A model generated the notes under the pieces. The model was not told the DNA's origin. It saw nothing but the letters and a program-made list of their open reading frames with translations, and searched no databases. A stretch of 64,000 nt of DNA from Macrostomum lignano (lineage: Eukaryota). Positions 38,104-64,000 of the stretch are shown here, in pieces; position 1 is the stretch's first letter, and every line of letters begins with the position of its first letter. Made by a program: the position numbers and the translations under genes. The stretch covers positions 124,001 through 188,000 of the forward strand of contig NIVC01001016.1 in the NCBI GenBank assembly GCA_002269645.1, read 5' to 3'.

Positions 38104-39783
38104 AGAGCTTTCAATGATAATGTAGTAGAACAGAATAAAATATTTTGCTAACAAGAAACTGACAGTGAGCTCTGAATTGGAGTGTGATGTACGGACTGGC
38201 GTAATAGACGTGCTTTTTTACATGCCAGTATCAGCTCAGGAAACTCACACTTGACTGTGATGAGGAATGATAAGCTTACGAGCTAGCCTGAGGTACTGAT
38301 TGAACCTGGGTAGAACAGGACAATCGGGTGGGCGCCTAACAGCCACACGGGACAGGGTTCAATTCAGATTCATGCAGAGGCAGCACAGGGGCAAACGTTG
38401 GCAATTAAAATTAAAACAAATAAGACCTATCTAAAGCTTATCAGCTAATCGTTGTCACAATCATAATAGTTCCCCTTCTGCACTCATGCATGCCCATTTT
38501 TATCTGATATAGCCCCTTGCGCTTTGTGCCTGTCAGTCTTTTCTTTTATACTTTAGTTTACTCTATACGACTATAGCCTAGCTCTCGCTTTTGAAAAATC
38601 GATAAAATTCTAGCCTTTATCTGGCCCCACCACCCCATTTCCCTTATGTTCAATCTGTCCAAGACAGTAGCGCCCAGCGGTTAATGAACTGATTAAGCCC
38701 CAGTTTAAAATCGGTTCACACATCACATCCACCCCCCCCCCCAGCTGATTGTTAGTCTATGACCAGGGTCAGCGAACCAATCAGAAAAGACTACGCAAGG
38801 GGAGGGGAGGAAAAACATTTCAAGCGTAAGAATGAAGAGAGACTGAGAGGCGATTATAAGCTTAACAAAAGCGTTGAAAGCCACGCATCGATCACTGCAT
38901 ACTAGAGATTTTCGTTTGTCTGGCACGAGCGTACACGGTCTTGGCTTAAAAAATCATACATAATCCAGATTCCAGACTTAGTCCTTAAGTTTCGTCCTGA
39001 AAAATCACAACAGATAGAATATTCGAATCTCGGTATTTTTTATTTTCGATAGTCGCAAACGAGTTAGAGTAAGGACAGTCAATATTGCTATCTGGTAAGC
39101 ATTAAATTATAGCATTTTAATGTATATTTGTTTGCTTTGCATACCGTGGTCCATGGCCTTACCCGTCCCATATTTTCCACAACAGATTATCGATTTTAAG
39201 AGACAAATTCTGCTATCTACAGCTGATTTCAATAGTTTTGATTTCAAATTAAACTTTAATAAATTCCCAGTCAATCACTTAAACTTTATAGCTGCATTCA
39301 AAGCGCTGTTAGTTTTTGTATGTAAGCCTAAGCCCCAACTGACCTTTGGAATTATGAGCTTAGCATTAACTCTAGCTCCCCTTCATCTCCACTTTACTCA
39401 GAATAAGTTACGCTCAACTCGCTTCATTCCCTGTTTACAGTTTCGTCGCGTTATCTTATCTTCGGAGAGACCCCCCACCCATTTTCTTAAAAGCGATAAG
39501 GCCAACCACCCGACCCTTCGTGTGCCCCCCTCTCCCTCTAACTTCCCGTCCAAACCCCATTGGCCCAAGTAACAAACACACTGGGCCCCCCATGCACCGC
39601 TTCCACCTTGCAAAGCCGCAGTCGAAAATCACGAGAGAATGACGGCAACCCCAACGCCGCCGCTCTAACTAAACTACAGACGCAAGCAACTATTTTCTCT
39701 TCTCTCTCCTCTCCTCCACTCCCGCTATCGGTGGGCGCGCTTAGGTAACGCCAAGAACGAATTAAAAAGGACCGGACGAGCTA

Positions 39784-53366
<13,583 letters not shown>

Positions 53367-56300
53367 GCTGGAGTAAAAAAAACTGAGAATAGTCGTTCAT
53401 CGCCTACTGAGAAGTAGTGCCATGCGGTTTCAAGATGAACATGTTTTACCGAAATTGTGTGTTTTCCCTTTTTCTAAAGCGCTGTGTAGCTTCATCGTGT
53501 GTTTGCATTATATTACTGCTAATAACTACTGTTAGTACTATTAGTACTATGTGTAATCAATTTTTCTATATTATTTTATGGATGCTTATCAATTGTTACG
53601 GTACGCTCGTATGGTTCATTTTTTGTCATCAGCAGTTTTTGTGGTTTCAAGTTACTCACTTGTTCTTTTTGAGTGTTTAATTGAGTTTGTTTTTTTCTGT
53701 TTTTGCTTTGTTTCCGTTTTTTATAATTTCCGAATAAGAGAATATGCACTTTGTATTCTCCGCTCTTGCCTATTTGTAGTTTACGCAAGTCGTACGCTTT
53801 AGTGGCGTATGAATTGTTTTTCCCCTTGCATGGCTTCTTCACAGTGACCAAACTTGAGTTGGTTAAATTATGAATATATACTACTTATGCATATTACTTT
53901 GAATTCTGTTGCATAAACATTACAATCGTGTTATTTCCTGCTTCATGCTAAGTTTTGTGTATTTTTATCCTGTTGTGTTTTGTTAACTGCTTTTTGTTCT
54001 GCTTTGCAATAGTAGTTTCCAGTGTGTTCTTCTAGCCAGTTCCAAAAGCAGGCAGAAGGCTCCAAGAAACAATGACTAAAATAATTATGAATTCTTATTT
54101 CTAATCTTTCTAATCTGTTAACTACATTCTCGTTACTCTGTAGTCTAATATTTCTATTCAATTCCTACTACTTGCTTTGTTGAATATAGAAATTTCCGAA
54201 CAAAATTGTGCTAATGCGCTTTATTGCACGTCAATATGATGGGATCCAGCAGGTCAAGTAGCTTAATTTATGACAGTGTTAAACGCCGTTCTATACATGT
54301 AAATTAACTTTCTGTCCAAGTTTCGAATAATGCTGCAAATGAACTATAGCTAATTTCTCTTGTTTTGAGCGCTTGTCTTTTTTCAGTCTTCTGCAATATA
54401 TTTTATAGTATACTACTTGTAAGTAGCCTAAGTGTCATCATACACATGCATAAACGGGATTGCATGCGCATGTGCCATGCAATTCTAAGTCGTTTAACGT
54501 TAAGGCATGCTATATTTTATTATAACATGCATTATTGTTTAAATGCCATATTTTCGAGTTCAATTTATTAGTTTGTCTAGTTGTGTTGAAACTCAACTGC
54601 CGTCAAAGTAGCCATCCCTAATTTGTTTTTTGTTTCTGTGTATCCTCAGTTTTTTTCTGCTGTTCCTCATTCCCAACTGAAAAAAGCTCATCAATATAGT
54701 GATACGATTTATCCATCTGTAGCAGACGCATATTATGCCTATACTACACTGCAATAGCCTCCTTTCATAATGTTATAATAAAAATGGCAACACTTCAAAA
54801 TATACCCGCTCGATCATTTTGTGCCACTTATAAAATCAATTCGAACTGATTTGACAGTTCCCTCTGTCAAAGGGTCTTCGTGTGTATAACATAGCAACCA
54901 CTCATTTTCCATTGGCAAAGAATGCATTACTATATGTAGCTGCAGCTTTACCAAATATGTCTGTGCATGTGTTGAACGTATTTGACATAGATTTAACATT
55001 ACATTATTTTCTACTAGTAGATGAATGCTTAAGCTGTACATGGCGAGTAAAAGATCCTTAAAGTCACCCTTCTGTGTATACAGCGTTGATGTACATCTGC
55101 ATGCATGGCAAAAATGACTATACATGTGTAATAATCCCCCGACAATTGTATGTGTACATGTTGTTCATGCACAGACAACTAAAAGTACAAGATAAGGATG
55201 CTTTATACGGACACTCGCTAATCGTGCAAATTTTGTTGAAGACCAGTTTTCCTGGCGACAAAGGCTCACCTTCTAAACTCTTCCAAATGCGAGACAAATA
55301 TATTTTGCATGACATGCATACATGTACGTACAGCAGTAGTATTTCGTTCAAGATGCAAGCTAGGGTATGTATATATACATGTACGCTCGGAGTAGCTATT
55401 TTTTCTGATATAGCACCGCGCAGACCGACAATAATTTCAAAGTTCATCTATTAATATTTCAGTTGCTCAATCGATCCTGTATCTTATGATGTATTTTCCA
55501 TTCACGAAATTTTCTCAAAAACCATACATATAACTATACACATCGACCAAGCTTAGTCAAAACCATTTCACTTAAAGCCAGAAAGCTCGAATTCATCTTT
55601 TGGAAACTCGCCCGTTTAGAAATTGCTGCTCTAATTTGAGCACAATTATCGCGCTGCACAGTAAAACACTTTAAACTTAATCTCGACAAAATTGTGAGGG
55701 GCACCTGTTAACGAAACACAGCTAACCATTTCAAATGAACAGTCCAGAAGGTGACAAGGCGTCACAAGGACCACTGAAGTCACTTCGTTAAACCCCTTGG
55801 GTTTAAGTAGTCCTTAGTCGTCTTAAGTAGTCCTTGGGCGTATATCAATGGATTATAAAAAGTCAAAACTTACATGTGCAGTAATTCCAATCTCATTTAT
55901 AATTAAGTACATGTACAGAGCATTTGATCGCAGCAAAGACCTGCCATCAGCAGCTCCAGGGAAATTTTCATGATTTTCGAGTTTCCTTTAACTATACTGG
56001 CTGGCTCACGAGTACTTGTACAGTTACATATATATTAGTGACGAGATGAAGGATGTACATACATGTACATGTACACGTACTGATTAATAATTAATATTTT
56101 GTACATGCACTAGCTAGAAGTGAAGTAAAACAATGAGAAATTTTTACCGAAGTAGCTAGTCGTCCTTGGGTACGAGAGATATATATCCCTCCTCCAATTT
56201 ATTGTTGCTAATAGAGTATACACTGTAAGGTGTTCCTGTAAACACACATGTATATCGAGCGTTAGAAATTATTTCATTTGCTATAAGTAGCATTGCACAG

Positions 56301-57479
56301 CTATAGAAAGCATGATTACGGCAAGCCAGTAATACCAGTAAAAGCAGTAAACCAACGTAGAAATATAGATACAAAATACGGATCATCTAACAACGATCGT
56401 ATCAGCAAAAAATACTGTTATTGCGAAGGTACAATACAATATACAATATACATGTAGCAATTAACGTGTCCTCGTTATATTTGAATTTTTTACTATTTTG
56501 AAGTGGTAAAATTTCTGAGAAACAAAAATATGCAAACCTTGGCAGAGTTCGAGTCGTCGACCAGATTTCAGACCTTTTACGATGGATAAACTATTATGAA
56601 TATTTAATACAGCTATCCGATACTGTTGGTACTGGCAGGAACATTTAAAATCCTAACTGATACAGTCTAAGAAAATTAGAAAAGTGTCATCAGCGTCATT
56701 ATTACTACGTCCTGGTTATTATAAACTTCGGCAATTTTCCTTTTCCGTTCGTTAAATTATTTTTTCAATGGAAACGTATTGGGAACATTGTGAAGCACTC
56801 AAAATGATGTAACTTAAATAAATCCCTATGCAAATTACATTGTCATTGACATGACATGATTAGCTTGGACTCTGTGACTGTGTATAAATTATGTTAGGGC
56901 CTATAACATTAATTAACACATGCATACAGACCCATAGTCCAAAGCATTTGGTGTTGACTGTTATGAGACTTTAAATGCCTAGGTAGGGCCTAATTCTTAT
57001 TGTTTTGATTGATTGACAATCATACTTGTAGTTGTATGAAAGACCATTACATTAAATGTTTTATTTTACATGTCTAGACTAGAAGCATCTTTTACAAAGT
57101 TGCTTAGGCCTATTTTATAAATTAAATTCACAATTTAATTTAACTTAGAGCCTATACAAGTAGGCCATTGTAAAGAATAGTGTTTATTAGCTAGGATTTT
57201 TTTATTTAACTCAACTTAATCTATTGCTAGCTGGTTGTTATAAGGCCTATTTGAAATTAGATTTGATAGGCCTAGCCTAAATAAACTAAATTTAAATATA
57301 AATCAAATTTTTGTCAAAATTCATTTTTTAAATTTGGTATAATAGGCCCCAATCAAAGTTATAAGCCAGTATCAATTGTATAGGCCTATTATTTAATGCT
57401 TTAATAAATAGGAAATTAATAGGCTTAATCTAATAAGCCATATTAGGCTTAGTTTATGCCTATAAGTACTATTTGTTTC

Positions 57480-58050
57480 AATGATAAGTTGTTTTAGTGA
57501 CAGAATTTTTGGTGACAAATAGTTGTTTCAGTGACAAGTTGCTTTTATGATAGACACACTTCATTTTTGATAAAAATTAAAGATATAATGATTGTTGTCA
57601 AAAGATCTTTTGTTGAAAGATTAATATATCTAAGAAAACAAATAAAAATAATTATAATTGTTTTTTTCTATATAGATTGTTTTGAATTGTCCTAGAGTTT
57701 CCAGACACATACATGTAAACCATAAACCTATATAGAGAATCCTCATGAAATGCCAACCACAAGAAAAGTAGAAATTGACATAACATGTTTGGATTAAAAA
57801 ACAATTCAAAAGATCGCAACTTTGTAATTGTAAATAAACAAAATTAAATAAAGCAGAACCTAAACTTTTCAAAAAATTATAAAACTTTAGTTTTAATATC
57901 CCTTAAGATTTGCAAGCAAATTTTCTGTTTGAAAACAGAATGGCTATCATTAAAAGGATATTTTTTCTTGTCACTAAAATGACTTGCTTGTCAGCTTGTC
58001 ACTAAAAGGATTGTCACCGAAACTTCTTGTCACCAAAACAACTGTAATCC
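57480..58050. mobile_element. MITE-like element with inverted clusters of GTGACAA / TTGTCAC sub-repeats
   Basis: GTGACA motifs at about 57495-57540 mirrored by TTGTCAC motifs at about 57968-58035. Confidence 0.5.
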
Positions 58051-59354
58051 ATGCCTATTACTATGAACTAAGACTATCCTATGGAATCATTTGTAAAATT
58101 ATTTTCTATTTGTTAAAACAATAAAATAACTTTTAGCATTTAAAGAGTCCATTGACTCCATTTTTTCACTTTTTGTTTTTTTAATAGGCCCCTAAGCTTT
58201 TTTAGAGTCCTAGAATATTAAAAGTCATTATAATAGTAAGTAAAAAATTAATAAATAGTTTTATAGAATAGCTATTATAGATATTAATTTAATATAGAAT
58301 ATATTAATATTTCTAATGTATTATAAAATTAGGTGTTGGCAATATAATATCGTAAGCTCATACATAATTAGCACAATTCTAATTAGAGAAATGCCTAAGG
58401 CTAAAGTATAAAAAGCAGCATATTCTGCAATCTGCATTGTTGCTACTCTTTATAAACATATATCATATGTATTACTGCTAGATAACCTAGTTGATCTAGC
58501 CAGAAATATAAATTTTGGTAAACAAAAAATAGGCCCAAGACTCCCTAAGTTGCAAAATTAATTACAAAAGACAAAAACAAAAAAGGCAAAAAGCAAAAAA
58601 AAGTATATAATACAGCATAAATAATAATAGAAAATCTATAACAAAAAAGTAGCAAACAGAACATTACAAAGCAATCAAATTGCTATAAGAGCAAAATCAG
58701 TTATATTTTGATTTAAAAAGATGTAGAGCCAATATAGTTTCAAGTGGGGTTTTAAATCTACATATTTACTATGGCTAATAAGTATAAGTCTTGATAATAA
58801 AAGTTTAGGGCTTATGGTTACATATTGATTAACTTGTCTAAGGCTTACTGTAGAATATTAATTCAAATAAATTTGTATTAGATTAGGCCTAATATAATGG
58901 TGCTTAAATACCATACAAGTAATAATGTACAATTTCTTAGAAAACTGAATTTGTGCAAAATAAATATTTTGTTTTAATGCACTATAATTTTGTTTTACTG
59001 CATGAAATAATTTGGGGAAATATTTTTTTGTTATATAAATGTATTGGGAAATTTGGGGTATAAATAGGAGCGAATTTGCAGCCAAATAAACTCAACTGTC
59101 TAAGCTTTGATAAGCATTTGTTTGCAAGCAAATAACAGTTCAAGCTAGAAAATCCTCAGAGACTGGAGTTGAAAGTGTCTTATTCATTTAAGAAAGACTG
59201 AGAAAGGATTCTAAGAAATTTGCTAAGAGAGGGAACTGGAACTAATTCCCAGAGATATACTAAGAGAGGCGCCATGACCCTCTAGTCTCAGTAAATGCCC
59301 AATTAGGAATAACTAACTCATGTACCAGTACTAGATGACTCAGGCCATACATTA

Positions 59355-59455
59355 GACGCTACCAGAGCCATACATAAGACACTACCAGAGCCATACATAA
59401 GACACTACCAGAGCCATACATAAGACACTACCAGAGCCATACATAAGATGCTACT
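59355..59455. repeat. Short tandem repeat, 23 bp x 4
   Basis: ctaccagagccatacataagaca. Confidence 0.85.
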
Positions 59456-60279
59456 AAGAATGCTACCAAGAATATGAGATTCTAAGAAACAGTTAGAAGT
59501 ATTAAGATAGAAGCTAAACTCAGACAGCTTTCATTGCAGCTTGTAGGAAAATTAATAAACACTAGTATTACCAGTTAGGATTTAAAAGGGCAGAGCCATA
59601 AGCCCTGTCATAGCGGGTACCAGCAGTAGGATATTTGTAAGGACAGGACCAAGAAGCCTGTCACACTAATTTGTGTTACAATTAATAATATAATTTAGGT
59701 CTAGCTTATTGAGATCTTCTATATACTATATTAGTCATAAATATTAACCAAATATATTAAATTAGTGAGGCTGTATATCTATAATATAATTTTTATATAT
59801 AAGATAGAATATATAGACTATTAGTTATGATAAAAAGCTTTGTATAATAGGCAATAATCCTAAAACCCTATCTAAAATCTAGTGACTTAAACAATATATA
59901 TAAAAATACTATACTTACAATCATTTATATAACATTTTACTTTTATGATAGAAATTACAAACTCAACAAGGTCATGCTATCTCTAAAACTTTCCAATGTA
60001 CTACTTTTACTTGCTACTTACTTAGTCCTTCCATTGTCCATTTTTAATGTGTATTCTTCATAATTTGCTACCTAAAACCAGATTCTAATCACTCTCCTCA
60101 ACCATTAGCATGGGGTTCTCAACCCTTATAAATAATAATTTTATAATAAGAATGTTTTGCAGTTGTCTTATCAGGTTCCTATTGTAAGCAGCAGAAGCCT
60201 CATTAAAAAACCAAATACCATTGCAAGAAGGAATGCACCTTGTATCTGCAAAAGTTCTGACTAGAAGTAGAAATTGACA

Positions 60280-60450
60280 GTCAAAATATTATTCAAGCAC
60301 TTAGACTATGCTATCACTGCAAAGTCAAATATTATTCAGGCATTTAGACTGCACTATCACTGCAAAGTCAAATATTATTCAGGCATTTAGACTGCACTAT
60401 CACTGCAAAGTCAAATATTATTCAGGCACTTAGACTACACTATCGCTGCA
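60280..60450. repeat. Short tandem repeat, 43 bp x 4
   Basis: aatattattcaggcatttagactgcactatcactgcaaagtca. Confidence 0.85.
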
Positions 60451-60676
60451 AAGTTTAAAATTTTATGTTTGAAGTTGAGCTATGACAACATCTTTCCATT
60501 TGAAAGTATGGTGTTATTTATATGCACTTTTTACAATAACTAAGCCTCCAATACTTGTGTTTTATGCTAATCAATCAATCAAAACTCGAGTCTAAGGGTT
60601 CAACAAAAATCCAAAAATCCCTCAAGCAGGCGCTTAAGCCTTGAACAGTTTTGCTTTTTTTAATTAATAAACTAAA

Positions 60677-63755
<3,079 letters not shown>

Positions 63756-64000
63756 GTGAGTGTCACTTGATTTCGTTGGATGAGACGAGCAATGCTGGAT
63801 AAATTGGCTTGGAGACGTTTTTATCCCAAGGGTCATATAAAGAAACGAGATAATTTCTGCGAGCCAGATAAGATTATAGAAAATATCCATAATAGAGGAG
63901 ATGAGAGAAGAAATTAGTGAGAAGATAAGATGAGATAGGAGAAAAGCCAGAGGAGATGAGAAGATAGATAAGATCAGAGATAAAAGGAGATAAAAGAGAG

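Overview
Eukaryotic (animal, invertebrate-type) genomic DNA with GC-rich exons and AT-rich spacers. No prokaryotic features, CRISPR arrays, rRNA or true tRNA genes are seen. By reading frames across GT-AG junctions I could assemble: (1) a complete 7-exon NSF gene on the minus strand (18623-33640, 742 aa); (2) an intronless PACRG-like (PACRGL) gene nested on the same strand inside NSF intron 2; (3) a complete 8-exon A1CF/RBM47/RBM46-family gene (3 RRMs plus a C-terminal dsRBD-like domain, about 809 aa) on the plus strand, divergent from NSF; (4) the first four coding exons of the sodium leak channel NALCN, running off the right edge; (5) a small three-finger zinc-finger ORF; (6) an unrecognised multi-exon minus-strand gene (10.7-13.2 kb) encoding an internally duplicated helical module with a stathmin-like segment. 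Mobile DNA includes a decayed Penelope-like GIY-YIG fragment, a tRNA-derived SINE with an (ATT)n tail, several MITEs and a Helitron/HINE-like 5' end. The most striking pattern is that nearly every intron carries its own different minisatellite or simple-repeat array, while long intergenic stretches carry few. Most long ORFs in the track are translations of these repeats. Species identity cannot be fixed from the sequence; a spiralian such as a free-living flatworm is only a guess.
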